Positions 25,484-39,717 of a stretch of DNA of 64,000 nucleotides are shown piece by piece. The position numbers and the translations under genes are program-made. The stretch is from Eledone cirrhosa (Eukaryota), in NCBI GenBank assembly GCA_964016885.1, contig OZ024742.1, positions 70,184,001-70,248,000 on the forward strand, written 5' to 3'. The notes below the pieces were generated by a model that searched no databases, was not told the origin of the DNA, and worked only from the letters and a program-made list of their open reading frames with translations. Position 1 is the first letter of the stretch; every line of letters begins with the position of its first letter.

Positions 25484-28400
25484 CGCTTGAAAAAAATTAG
25501 GTTTTCAACTTTTTCTGAGAACATTAATTTCTTATTTTAATTTCAATTACCACATATACACATGTATTAGTCACAGCAATAGTTAAATTGCATCTCTATT
25601 TTATTTATAACATCTACAAAAACACCCAGTCCACCCTATAAGGTAGCCATGCTGGTACCACTGTAAAAATTCACCCAGTCCACCCTGTTATGTGGTAGTG
25701 CTGGTGTTATGATAAAAAGCACCGAGTTCACTCTTTAAAGTGGTAGAGGGACCATGAAAAAGCTCCTAGTACATACTGTAATGTGGTTAGCATTAAGAAG
25801 AGCATCCAGACAGAAAACCAAGCTGAAGACAGATCTGTATGAGCAAAACGTGGTCACTTGACCTGGCTAGCCTCATAACATGACAACCCATGTAACCCAT
25901 GCAAGCATGGAAAATAGACATTAAACAGTGTTGATGATGATGAATATACCAAGTATTTTGAATTGAGGCTCTGTAGACCCTGTAAGTCAGTCACATGCTG
26001 TTTTTATTACATATTTTTGTAGAAAATATTGTGATTTATACATTAGTATATATGGTATATTCACCATCATCATTGGTTTAGTAATATTTTTCTATAAAGT
26101 CCTGGGTCTTATAGATTACATTTTATTTATCTTTTGTTATTTTTAAATATTGTTTTTCTTTCATTCCATATCCTCTGTCATCAGAGTTCTTAAGATATGG
26201 ACAAAATATATAAAGAAAGACTTAGATATTCTAAAATTATTCATGTTTGTCTTTTTCCTACTAGCTTCACCATTTACACATCAAGTCAACAAGGAAGCCT
26301 TTGCTAGAAATAGCAGCGAAATCTCCTTGAAATCACACCTTACTGTCGTTGTTCTTTTAATGTCATGTTGGATAATGGGACCCCGGCTTTCCTGTACATA
26401 AGGAAAACATGGATGGTCACATAAGGAATGCATTTGATCATAGATTTCCTTCGTCAAGGCTGACCTGGGGCTAAAAAAACATCAACCATTTGCATGTTTT
26501 CAAAACATCAATATTGGCTTTGCTCCATTAAAAAAAAAGAATGTTTATTTTGTCTTATGAGAGATATTCTCATCAACATTTTGTTCTTATCACTCTATTA
26601 TATATCAACTTTCTTACATAATAATATAAACAATAATTATTATTATAATGACAATAACAGTAATTTCCAGGAATTATATTTCTTTACATAGATAAGTAGC
26701 TGTTTTTTACTCTAGGGGCTTACAGCTGACGTTTATAAAAAGCCTCCGGTCATTCCCCTCCAAACTCTACTTGTGAACTTGCCTCCACCAAACATGTTTT
26801 ATAAAACTTGTCTTTTTTTTGCTATTTTTTCTTTATTTTTCTATAAGCTATAGAGACATATCATTAGAGAAACAATGAGTTAAACACAATTTCTTTTATA
26901 GAATGCTCTAGATATATTTCCTATTCTTCAACAATCACCTAATGACTGACTGGTTCAAGTTGTCTCAACTGTTTTGTTTTTGTTTTTATGTTTTTGTTTT
27001 TGCCAATTTTCACAACCAGACACTTCTTGTTAACTGCTGTTTTTGTTTATGATTGTTAATGGCTGAATGTATCGAGAGCTTTACAAGTGGGACCTTTCTG
27101 CACCCTTCAAACAATTTTATCCATACCTGAATTTGCATATCAGATGTATCTTAACAATCAGTGTTTAATGCATTGAGAGTCACCACCAACCAGGTTGTGG
27201 ATCTTCTCGTCTCTTATTGACTGTCATCATTTCATTCACTCCCAACAAGAATCAAACAACGATCAACACTTGCTGTTGTTGTCTAATAACACCTCCTCCT
27301 TATTTACCCTCCTCCAATCTTTTACTTTCGTTGTTTACCTCTTCATTTCTTTCCCTACTCTCCTATGTATCCAAATATTTTTTTATCAGTTTTTTTGCCA
27401 TTTTTTCTCATTCATACTTTTTTGACCTCACTTCTCAAAAATTGACAAAAACACTTTTCTTTTTCAATTTTCCTTTTTTTTTTCTTTTTCTTTATTTTTC
27501 AATTTAAAAGCAGTGTTTGATTCATCTCTACTTAGAATTGAAATTCAGGTGGGTAGATTTTGATGCTGAAATCTACCGAGAGGATGTAGCTTTAAGGCAT
27601 TGCTTTTAATGTATTCTGCAGCTGCAACTGCTGCTTAAAGCAGCTGCAAGGATAATATGCATCTATAACCATTCAGACTTTCGAGAAAGGTTTCATTGGG
27701 CTCTTCGTATTGGTCATGCAAGAATCTACTGTTTACTCTTGTGTAACCAACTTGAACAAATGCTATGTTTCCTTATTAAGCCCAATTAAACTGGTAGTTC
27801 CATTAGCCAAGGAAGTGTAAGCTATTTACCCTCTCTAATTCTACTGGAAGAAAGTGTTATAAGCGACTATTGTCACAGCTCTTGTACAAATCCTTCTCAG
27901 AATCATTTGAGTGCTCGCCTCTGATTAATTGTAACAATCCTAACAAGATGGGAACTGCAAGTGCAGACACAAAAGAATTATTAATATAGCATGCCTGTCA
28001 TTCACTACAAATAGACCAGCATGTGTCTATAGGTTTTAATTTTCAAAAAACACTCTTCACTCTTTTGACACTGTCTGCACTATAGTTTAACCCACTTAAT
28101 TCCATTCCAAGTAAAGTGTGTTTTCTGCCTTATTCGTAATAATTTCTCAAGTTCTGCTAAGATGTGCAGCTGTTGTGCAGTGTTTGCAAAATTCCAATCA
28201 TAGACTGTTTAGATATGAAGAATGTCAAGTTCCTATTTGGAATAAGAACTTGAAAATACTTGACAAAATTTGCACTACTTTTTTCCCACCATATATATAC
28301 ACACACACATATTTAATAGTTCTGATGATGTTCAAGAAAGCAATTCTTTATAAAATGAAGTGGATTTATTGTTAATAATATCCTTTACAGTTGCTTCTGT

Positions 28401-30994
28401 TTTCAATTTTGTTTAATTTAATTATTTGCTTAAACTTATAAGTCAGCTTACATCTGAGTTTTAATGATTTTAAAACTTTATTTTTGAACTCGGTTTCTTT
28501 TACAAATATTCCTTCTAGTTTGTAATTAATTTTCTAGTATGAGTTCCATAAGTTATACTCTCTTTCTTTTGTAATTTTAATCAAATTCAAAACTGTTAAT
28601 CTGTTCCAGCTCTTTAAAAATTAAATGATTTTTTTTTTCTCCATAATACATTGAATGCATTTCGCAACCATTTTGTCATGCACTATTTATTTTTCCATTT
28701 ATCTTCACCATTTTAAATATGAAGTTATATTGTTAATGCTAAACAGTAGAAGTTTTGGAAGATATTTACTTTTTAAATAAATTAGAATAGATTTAGTTCT
28801 TTGATTGTGATAGTTCATTTAAAAATCTGTACAGGATATTAATGACAATAATACACTTCATTTTATAAAGAACTGCTTTTCTTGGAATTTTCTATAAAAG
28901 TGTAAATTTACCTGGATAAAAATAAAACTAAATACAACAGAAAATACTCAAAATGTATGATTTTAATAAATTCAGTATTAAAATGATTATTTACGTTTTA
29001 ATTCTTGAATTAAGTTATCAATGGTCTGTTTATAGATATTTCACCTTATGGAATGTTGTACATTATATATATATATATACAATGATGACAAATAACCTAA
29101 TATATTAATTAAATACAGAAAATATGCATATGAGATTGTTTATTATGCTCCAAAGCAATATGTCAACACGTTTCAGAGGTTCCAGTTTGGAGTGATATCA
29201 ATTAAAGGGAGAGAACAGAATTTTAAAACAATTTTACATACTATAAGCTTGCTAAGCTATCTGGTAACCTTCTGTTTTGTGTTTTATAGCATTTTCATTC
29301 ATTATAGTTACATTCAAAACAATTTCATTTTCGAGGAATTAGTTAACAGTGAGCTTTGTGAAATGCCATGTATAAGTTGTCTTTCTTTTACTCTCTAAAT
29401 ATGTGTGTAGTGTGGGGTGCTGAGTTGGAAATTATCTTGGATTTGATAATTGACACTAAGCTAAAATTCAGTCTAAAGTGACTACATAAATTTAATTAAA
29501 TATTGTTTGATTAGCCAAAATTATTAGATTAGTTTAGGAAAAAAATCATAATTTTCTAATATTATAATCTCCATTTGTCCTGAAGGTATGCTAGAGAAAA
29601 TAGCGTATCTTTTTTTAACAAATATTTGCTGAGCTATGAGATAGGTCAGAAAATTTGTTTAAGGGAGCTAAATCAGAGAATAGTATTTTAGTTACCTCCC
29701 TTATACGAGATTGGTTACTCTAAAATTGATTATCCGTATTTAAGTGTAATATCTAATTCGGTTAACTGCACTCTCGAAGACTCTAGTACTTGGCTACTTG
29801 ACTAATTCTCTCTTAATGCCACCAACGTCATTTGACAATCATTTTGAAATGTGATCGAATTTCTGTTTGAATTAGTTGAAGGGATAAATCCAAATCTTAC
29901 ATCATTGATTTTAATGAGTCATTGGTCATTTGATAAATTATACTAATCGTAGAGCATTAGAATTCATCAAGTTAGAAGAATTTCTAGACCACTTTAAAAT
30001 AATTTCAGCTAGTGATTAACAATCTTATTATACTATATTAATGACCATCAATAATTAAATGGATGAACGTTGTTAATGAAATGAAAGTAATTGAAAATGA
30101 AATTAACAAAATGCATTATATATATTTATCAAGGATCATTTGATTATAATTATCAGAAATGTTTAAAATACTTAACCAGCATCCAAAGAAATATTTTATA
30201 AATAATTTCATTTGATATTATACGGAGTCATTATTCATATTATCAATAAAATAGATTGCTTTTCTTGAGAAGCAATTTTGAATTTTAACTTTTATTCTAA
30301 AATGTAAGAGGTTTCGTAAAAAAAACGATTTATCAATTTTAGAGTGGCAATAAATGCATTCAAAATTGTAAACATGAAAATTCTAAACATAGACACTTAG
30401 CCTACCATTCAATTATTAATTAAATAGGTTTTCTACTAATAAAATATATTTATGGAATATTCTCCCATTCAAACTAAAGAACTTACCAAAAGATATAAAT
30501 ATTTATTACATGTCTATAATAATAGTATAATTAGATAAATACTTCATAATATTTCAATAATCATATTTAACATGAAGAATCTGATATCATATTTTCATAG
30601 TATCTGAAATATAATAACAATATCACAGACTGATTAAGTATTTTACTAGAATGCATATTTCAATAAACAGAATGTTTGATCAACTGTGGCTATTGTATAT
30701 TTAATATGTTCAATTTATTGAAGTGTATTTAGCTGTTAGGATTTGAAAATTTATTTTGATTTATCATTATTATTTCAAATGTTATCATTTATTCATGTGT
30801 TATTGAATATCAGAATTATTATACACAAAGTCAAAACTAATCTTAAATCCTAAGTGTAAATTTTGTATTTATCTTTTTTTTAAATCTCATTTTTCAAAGG
30901 TATTTAAATTATTATTTTCAACCTTTAGTAAATCTCCATATTCAATATAAATTTGTTTTGGTGTTACAAATGTTCATTATTTTCAATATAAAGG

Positions 30995-31182
30995 GGCAGT
31001 GGATTGGCAGTATCAGTAGAGCGTCTGACACCATGCTTTGCAACATAGAGTTATGGCCCTTTGCGTTCTGCGTTCAAATCCCACCAAGGTTAACTTTGCC
31101 TTTCATCCTTACGGGGGTCAATAAAATAAAGCACTAGTAATGTACTGGGGTAATTGCTGGCCTTGTGCCAAAAGTAGAAGCA
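30995..31182 (+). mobile_element. SINE family B copy with ~19-bp target-site duplication
   Basis: ATTATTTTCAATATAAAGG at 30976-30994 and 31183-31201. Confidence 0.88.
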
Positions 31183-33239
31183 ATTATTTTCAATATAAAG
31201 GTTATTTCATAAATTAACATAATACAAATGGGAGATACTATCAACTAGAAAATATTTCAGATTTTTTTTACAACCAGAATTTATTTGAAACAATGTCCTT
31301 TGTTAATATAATATATGATTAGATTTGATTTTAGTAGATTATATTTATACAAATTATCCCTCTTTAGCAATTAAGTGAATGTACTTTCAAATGCCTTGAA
31401 AAAAAAATGTTATTTTTTTAAACATTTGCTAGTCATTTTTCTTAATGGCTCAAGTCATCTAGTAAGAAGGCCTTGTAACTGAATCTTGATCCCTGTACTG
31501 GTGTTATATCTCTGATTCATTTTGTTGTTTGGTCATGCATGATACATTTTTTTCTGTTATCCAATATTAAGTCGTTGAGTAAGTAGTGGTCCGAGTTACT
31601 TGTCAAGCTATAATTTTCCCTCCCTCTGATATTTTTCTTTTTGTTTCTGTTAGTTTTCTTAAAGGCTTTAAATTGTTTCTCTGTTTACCCCCCGTGACCA
31701 GCTTATCCTGTCAAAACAGAACTACCAAATATCCAGCTTAAAGTACGTTAGGCCACCAGCTGCTGTTGTAAGGATCCACAGAGCCAGTTTTCATCCATTT
31801 CACTTCAATTGGTTATTGTGCATTTTACCAGTTAAGAATTACCCGCCCACTCAATGCTTAGATTGTGGCTATAAGTGAAGATAATTATATGTTATCAGGA
31901 AACTTGATCTTCCCATTACAGAATTAGCTCAGAAATGTACAGTCCGCTGCTCTTTAGTATAGGCCATATTCTCTTGGTCTTCTAAAACATACATTCCATA
32001 AAATTTATGTTATATCTTTCTCAGAAATTTTATACAACTGGGAGATTTTAAAAGCCTTTATTAGTAGTCATGTAATTAAATATAAGTCTGAAAATAAATA
32101 AATGAATGCGTTTGTAAATTTTTGTATTTGTTGAAAATTTGATGTACATATTTCAAATCTTTTGCTTAAGCAATCAATATATTTTCATCTATTTACATTA
32201 TATATCAACATTATCAAGAATATACCAAGTGTAAGGAAAACATTTTTTTAAATCTGATGTTGAAAATTTAAAAATTATTTAAATATTTACTTTCTTTTTG
32301 GCAGTTTTTATAGATGTTAGAATATTTCTTCTATCTAATTTCCAGCATGTCTAATCTGGCATTGACCCATCTTGCTTGTCATATATCATTTTCTTTGTTA
32401 TCATGCTAAATAGGTTGATAGATGATGTTTGCAATTGCCTTCTTATTCCCGACTTTATTCACACTCTCTTTCTTAATAAACTTTCAATAGATTCACTACT
32501 TACATACTTGGTTAAAGCAGCTGGAATAACTTCTTTTTTTCTAAACATTGCTATTCATTCTGATTTAGAATACAGTCAGCTCCAGATCCAGTCACACAAA
32601 ATATGCAAATGTTAGCCAAGTAGTATTGTGAATGGAGTTTGACTGAATAACTTATGAGGTAAAATTTTTAAATAATTAAAGGATGTGATTATAAATGAAA
32701 TAATTCCACAAATAGAATTATTTTATTGAGTCAACTCAGTTATTACATTTAAGATCATTTTTTTTTAATATCTATATTTTTCAACAAATCAAAAGCAGCA
32801 AAAATAACTTGCGTGCATGCACACACATATTCACATGCATGCATGTGCACACACACATACACACACTGCAATATATATTGTGTAACTGCTAGTCATTTTT
32901 AGCCATACTCAAAATGGATCTGTTAAGTTTGCATGCTTTCATTTTATGTGAAGTACAAACATTAATGATAATTTAAAATCAACAAATTAAATTATTAATA
33001 CTATTTTCTAGTTTCCACTAATTATTTTCAAGGTTAATCTAGATTCTAGATTATAATAGCTGTACAGCCATTTTTCCCGTCTGTCACACAAATGCTACAA
33101 TCTGTGAAAAACGTCCTGAAGTATATATTTAGAATTCATGAATGTAAGACAAAAATGATGGAGAGGGCAAATATTCTAAAATGCTTTCATTCATAGCAGA
33201 AATTAGTGTTATGTCAACAGTGATGTCTTTCTTCCTCTT

Positions 33240-33345
33240 CTCACTCTCTATCTTTCTATTTCCTCTTTTATTACTCATTCTATGTTTTGATGAAAGACTA
33301 ATGTCTGAAACGCTAAAACTTGTGCTTTGTTGTTTTCATCTATGT
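33240..33345 (+). mobile_element. Degraded third copy of the hammerhead-bearing pLTR-type repeat
   Basis: CTCATTC..TTGATGA-A-AGAC-TAAT-GTCT-GAAAC-GCT-AAAAC at ~33274-33319. Confidence 0.45.
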
Positions 33346-33594
33346 TATATATATATATATACACACACACAAACACACACCACTATAACTTTGTTGAAGT
33401 TTGTTGAAGAAACAAAATAGTACTTATTCTGTTCATAAAACAACAAATGACATACTAGTTTATATACTCAAAGCAGAAAGAGATAACAAATACACAAACA
33501 GACACACATTCTTAGGGCCTTATATTATAACCTTGTGCTGACCAATGCTTTGCGAGTGAATTTGGTAGTCAATAAGTATGAGGAAGCCCATTAA

Positions 33595-34085
33595 ATCAAT
33601 GTATATACGAACAAAAGGCCAGTTATATGAGGCCTGTGTGAGATGCGCGATGCTGCATGGTAGTGAGATATGGGCAGCAACTGTGGAGGATATGCGACAG
33701 CTGAAGAGAAATGAAGCAAACATGCTCCATTGGATGTGCAATGTCAATGTGCGTGAACGATCAAGCATAGATGAGTTGGGGGAGAAACTGTGTATAAGAG
33801 GGATAGGCTGTAGTGTGCGGGAGAGAAGACTGCGTTGGTATGGACATGTGATGTGCATGGAGGATGACCGCTGAGTAAAGAAGTGCCAAGAAATCCCAGT
33901 AGAAGGAAGACGCAGTAGTGGAAGACTAGGAAAAACATGGGCGGAGGTGGTAAGAGCAGACCTCAGATCACTGAAGCTCACGGAGGAGATGACAAAGGAT
34001 CGTGACAAATGGAGAGATGTTGTGCTTAATTGGACCCATCCCACCTTTGCAAACAGGGAAAAGTGGACGTATGATGATGATGATA
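33595..34085 (+). mobile_element. RTE LINE 3' fragment
   Basis: KGQLYEACVRCAMLHGSEIW...RRLRWYGHV; (GAT)n tail. Confidence 0.88.
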
Positions 34086-34315
34086 TATGTGTAAACATTT
34101 GTCTTTATGTCTTCACATAGCACTCCATATCACTAGTGCTCCATACATTACTTAAAAACTAAGTGGGGATTGGCATGAGAGATTGCATCTGACCTTAGAA
34201 TACTGCCACAAAAGTCTTGTCCCCCTCAAAAGGGCATGGAAAAATGAATGTAAAGATGGTGATGATAGATCAAAATAAAATTATTTCAATCATATACCAT
34301 AAACAGCTCAATGCA

Positions 34316-34760
34316 TTATAATAATAATGAAATTTTTGTGTACAGAGCTTAGGTGTACTATAACTCATCAAAGGTGCATGTATAGTACATAGAATAATGT
34401 ACATGCATGCGCGTGTATGGAGAGGGAATTTCAGGTGTAGTGTTGGCAAATTTCAGGAAGTATGGAGGTTTTAAAGGATGCAGTGTCCCGGCAGCTAACA
34501 ACTGATGCAGGTAGTTTGTTCCATGCTTCAGCAACTCTGAGCATGAAAAAATGTTTCTGAAAGTCATAGGAGCTGTACTGTTTCCTGACTTTGTAGTCAT
34601 GCCCATGGGTGTTAGACATATGGAATTCAAAAAGGTGCTCAGGGTTGTTATTGGCAAGATGGTTAATAATTTTGTGGGTGTTTACCAAGTCAGTTGCCAG
34701 ATATCGGAGCTTCAATCTATCTATGCTCAGGGAAGCAAAGTGTTCAGAGTTATACAGACT
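34316..34760 (-). mobile_element. CR1-clade LINE 3' fragment
   Basis: DLVNTHKII..HFFMLRVAEAWNKLP; same family as 37135. Confidence 0.88.
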
Positions 34761-35039
34761 AAAAAACGATGTACTTATAGAGCTTCATTCATACAAATTA
34801 TATTTAGGTATAATAATATATATATGAAAAACATAACATCATCGTTTTAACATCTGCTTTCCCTGCTAGCAAAGATTTTATCATCATCATAATCATCACC
34901 ATTTCATGTCCGCTTTTCCCTGCTTACAAGGGTGGGACGGGTCCTATTCAGCACGGCATCTCTCTATTCGTCACAGTCCCTTGTCATCTCCTCCGTGAGC
35001 TTCAGCGATCTGAAGTCTGCTCTCACCACCTCCGCCCAT

Positions 35040-35075
<36 letters not shown>

Positions 35076-35699
35076 GTTCATCACACCAATCTTCTGTGAC
35101 TTTCTTCCTTTTTTATCTTCCTCCTCTATCTCCCTCTTGTTCCTTATTTTAACTCTCATGTGAGTCCTCACCCACCATGCCCAACCAAAAATTTTTCCAC
35201 CGTCACCTCCACTCACACTTAACTCGACTCTTCTGTATCCAACCTGCACTCCACCTGTCTTAGCTTGTCTTCACAAAACCCTAAGTTGTGTTAGGGAAGG
35301 GGCTAGCCACAGTTAAAAATGTTACTCAATACATTGGTAGAGTATAGGCATCTTTATTATATATAGAAATTACTTCTACTAGAACTGTTTCATTCATAGG
35401 AACTCATCTAGTCCTGTAGATGTCATTTCTATATAAGATATATTTCTATAAAGATATATTATATATATATATTAGTTTAAAACCAGGTAACTAGTTAATG
35501 TACAGAGTGATGGTTATATAGTAAGACCTTACACACTTATAGGTGAACTTTGGACAATTTTGGTTTGATTCTTTCTTTAAGTGAATACACTTATTATTTG
35601 TCATTCTATATGTATGCAATACTAGCTATTTCTCAACTAGATATACGAAAAGGATCTTTTTGTATATCATTTAAATTTGTATATGTATATCTAAGTCTC

Positions 35700-35933
35700 A
35701 AGCACGGAGGTCCTTCTACTGGTTTCCATGGCATTAAGTGACTGAGAGTACAATACTCCCCTCCTGGACAAGATGCCAGACCATCGCAGGGTTAAACTCA
35801 ATTTCAGTTGAGTATTCTGGAGCAACATAAAATGAAGTGTTTTGCCTCAAGAACACAACACACAACCCAGGAATTGACCCCACAATGTTATGGTCATATG
35901 TCGAACACCCTTACCACTAGGCTACGTGCTTCC
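35700..35933 (-). mobile_element. tRNA-headed SINE (distinct family)
   Basis: Minus head GGAAGCACGTAGCCTAGTGGTAAGGGTGTTCG followed by a GTGTTCTTGAGGCAAAACACTT core. Confidence 0.55.
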
Positions 35934-36109
35934 ATGTAATTATATTTACTTTTTTACCTGTAATTCCTGGTGGAGTTGTAAGGACACTAGTGACATACAA
36001 TATATATATATATATTTCAGTCAGAAAATTATTTGTCACTAATATACTTGGACATCTCAATGAAATGAATCTGTATATATATATATATATATATATATAA
36101 AGAGGGCAC

Positions 36110-36645
36110 CTCTAGTACTTTTACCCAACCCAACTGTATCTCATCTAGGTTGATTCAGTCCTTAATCAGTTGTCTAACTCTTTCAGTAACTTTCATGACC
36201 AAGTTCATCAACTTGATGCCTTTATAGTTTTTCTATCTAGTGTATCTCTTTTGCCCTTGTAGCTGTTGACAATGCTGCTACTATGCTAGTCATTGGGTAT
36301 GACACCATTTTGTATTGATTTGCAGTATGGGCTGTTAAAGTGTGGCCCACAATCCCAGAAGCTTTCAGCAACTATCCTCGATGATCCAACTGCTTTACTT
36401 GTTTAAATATCCTTAATTGCCTTACTACGCTGCTACTGACGTGTATGACTGATCCCTTTGTTGGGTCCACTTGGAGCAGACTATCTCCCTCCTGTGCCTT
36501 CTCATTTAGCAGTCTCTTATAATGGCACTTCTATGCTACTTTCTTTTCAGCATCAATGAGGTAAGCGCACCATGATCATGTCAGACACACTTCTCCCCAG
36601 CAACATCATGATTTTCTCTGGCACACTGCCTTGCAATCCTGAACA
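36110..36645 (-). mobile_element. Internal RTE LINE fragment (pre-RT region)
   Basis: Colinear with ~9250-9750 (FRIARQC, KGKRDTLDR.NYKGIKL). Confidence 0.8.
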
Positions 36646-36958
36646 ATAACAAACATACAGAGATAGGACCAGATAACTCAAGCTTACCTAGTAGTTAACA
36701 TATAATGTTATAGTTGACCCTTTTGATATCAACCCATCTGAAACACATCTGGTTTTATGATACAACATTGTCCATTTTAAAATGTTCATACTTATAGTAG
36801 TTCCATCATAATTTTATTTAAGAATTTTTTTAGTATTGTTCCAAACATCAGCTTACTGATGAAAAAGTTATTTTATTAAGTTACTTCAGATTTTCAATCA
36901 TTTTCCAAATATGTTAAAGAAAAGGTTAAACTTTAAAATTCATCTTTTGTTTTTTCAG

Positions 36959-37070
36959 TATATACATAACAGCTATGGAGTATTCTGAGGAACTTGTGTT
37001 CAAATCTCAGAGTTCAACTATTAAGTCTTCAGACTACGACATCAATGACTTTTTAGGAAGTATTAAGCAG
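36959..37070 (+). CDS. SYCP2: SYCP2-like coding exon 1 (candidate ATG at 36975; MEYSEELVFKSQSSTIKSSDYDINDFLGSIKQ)
   Basis: Pyrimidine tract + CAG acceptor, CAG|GTAAAA donor in phase 0 matching the next exon. The frame is also open upstream of the ATG, so the true start may lie further 5'. Confidence 0.6.
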
Positions 37071-37134
37071 GTAAAATTCTTTAAATCTACACATTTTGTA
37101 ATATTTTATATGCAATCAATTTTTTTGCTTTAAC

Positions 37135-38045
37135 AACACTGATATCAAAAAGTCCTCTTGTGAACGTGACCTGGGCATTACTGTCAGCAACGATTTGCGT
37201 TGGACAAAGCATGTCTCTAAGATTGTCAAGAAGGCCGAGGGTGTCTTGGCATCACTCAGCAAGACCTTTGTTAGCCGCTCTCCAGCCATCTATTTAAAAC
37301 TGTATACAGCTATGGTACGACCACACTTGGAATTCGCATCATCAGTCTGGAACCCCTATCTTGCTCAGAACATTGACCTCCTGGAAACTGTTCAGAGACG
37401 TGCAACCAAGCGCATACCCTCCATCAGACACCTACCATACTCTGAACGCCTTGCTTCCCTGGGCATGGATTCATTGAAGCTCCGACGTCTGGCAATGGAC
37501 TTGGTGAATACCCACAAAGTTTTTAACCATCTCGCCAATTGCAACCCTGAGCGCCTCTTTGATCTCCATGTGTCTAACACACGTGGACATGCCTACAAGA
37601 TCAGAAAACAGCACAGCTCCCATGACTTTCGTAGACATTTTTTCACGCTCAGAGTTGCTGAAGCATGGAACAAACTGCCTGCGTCAATTGTTAGCTGCCG
37701 AGACACTGCATCCTTTAAGACACTCATGCTTCCCGAAATACGCCAAAACTACACCTGATGTACCCCTTCCATACACATGCACACATGTGTGTATCATGAC
37801 TCGTGCACTGTTCATTTTACTGATGTTTGTGCATTGCCCTATGTACTGTACATGCACTTTTTTGATGAGTTGTGGTGCACCTGGGCACTGTACACAATAT
37901 TTCATTATTGTTATTGTTATTATATCATGACTCGTACACTGTTCATTTTCCTGACATTTGTACATTATTCTATGTACTATACATGCACCTTTGATGAGTT
38001 GTAGTGCACCTGAGCACTGTACACAATAATTTCATTATTATATTA
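37135..38045 (+). mobile_element. CR1-clade LINE 3' portion with duplicated 3' tail
   Basis: ORF 37195..37758 (LYTAMVRPHLEFASSVWNPY, ETVQRRATK, LPYSERL, FFTLRVAEAWNKLP); tail unit repeated at ~37790-37920 and ~37920-38045. Confidence 0.92.
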
Positions 38046-38479
38046 ATATTATTAACCCTTATAGAACTGCCAGACTAAAATATTGGATTCAATACCATAA
38101 TCAAAAACAATTCATGGGTTATATATTAACCTAGAAATGTTATTTGAATCATACTTTTTTTCTATAGTATTTCTTAGTATATAGCCAAATAGGCATAATG
38201 CTAAAAGGGTAAATCAATCAATAAATAAACCTCATATTCTCTTCATTGTGTGATATTGAATATCTCTTGATAATGATGATCATCATCATCACTGTTCTAA
38301 AGTTCATTTTTCCATACTAATATAGGTTGGATGAGTATTTAACCATAAATATGCAAGCACAACCATCTGTTTAGGAGTTTTGCTTTACATCCACATGGTT
38401 CTAGAATTGATGCCACTGCACAACACTTTTATTGTAGTTTTATTGTAGTCATCGGTTGACCATTATTTGAATGTGTGTG

Positions 38480-39030
38480 TGTGTCAAAAAATTATTCAAC
38501 TTTAGGCTGGGAAAAAATTTGGTGGTTTTCAAGTGCTAATCCCCTTGAGATCCTTCCACTGTTCAAAGAATATCTGAAAGGCTTCTTTTGGAATGGTTCT
38601 CAGATCTGCCATCACAGACCATATGTTGTCCTCTCAGCTCTCAAAGCAGGAGACTTTTTGTGGAATTTTCACTTTTGGAAAAAACCAGAAGTCAGAAGTA
38701 TTCCTGTCTGGAGAATGGGTAAATACCTTTTTGTTGCCAAGGAACCTTGGGTTAACAGTGACAAATGATCTGGGCATTGTCGTGATGCTGCCGTCAGTTT
38801 TGCAAGGCCCACAGATCAGGTTTCTTGCATTGAACTGCATCACAAAGACAAAGGGCTTCCTAATAGTACTCCTTTGTAACTATTTGTCCATCTGGTGTGT
38901 TTTGGGGATGCACAACACCTTAGTAGTCAAAGCAAACAGTCAGCATCACTTTCATTTTGCTCCACCTCTGACATGCTTTTTGTACTTTAGTGACATTGGA
39001 TGTTTTCACTGTGATATTTGTGTGATGACC
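38480..39030 (-). mobile_element. Mariner transposase C-terminal relic
   Basis: Minus-strand KVMLTVCFDY*GVVH, QHHDNA, RTIPKEAFQIFFEQWK. Confidence 0.75.
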
Positions 39031-39717
39031 TGAACTACCCTGGTATATATTTTTTTTTTAGGATTTTCTATTAGAACTCACCAGAAACTATTCATAGAAT
39101 TATCTAAGAAAGGCAACAAAATGTGTAATCTTGGTGGGTCCAATGGTAAAGTATGTTGTGAGATGATTGAGATCCTACTCAGTGATTCAGTCATGTTTTA
39201 GATTTACACATGGGGGGCGGGGGGGTCTTACAAGCTTAGGATATCCATATAGTGGGACTTGACTGATTGCTTTCTTTTCGTGCCAGTTGTCAGTTAGACT
39301 ACTGGTGTTGTATATCCTTGAACTACCATTTTCCTTCACAAAATTGGGATAAGTGCATCGCATCCAAGAAAGAGCTGGCTGAGGCAGCAGGTAACTGGCT
39401 GCCCACTTTGCAGTTGAGTTATACTACCTAGACTAGAGTGTAAAGTCTGCAGCTCCCTCCTCCTTCCCCTCAATTTCATTTTTTTTTTATTACAAACATA
39501 AGTTAATTAAATTTTGTTGAATAAAGATTTTGAATCTGTGAAGGAATGGAACAACTTATTTCTATATTTTTCTGTATGAGTATGTGTATGTGTGCGAGTA
39601 AGAAAGAGAAGGAGTGAGAGAGAATGGGACATTTAATAATATAGAATTTAGCATTAATATTACTTTCATGTCTTATATTACAAATGTGTTTTGAATCACA
39701 TGTTTATATATTTTCAG

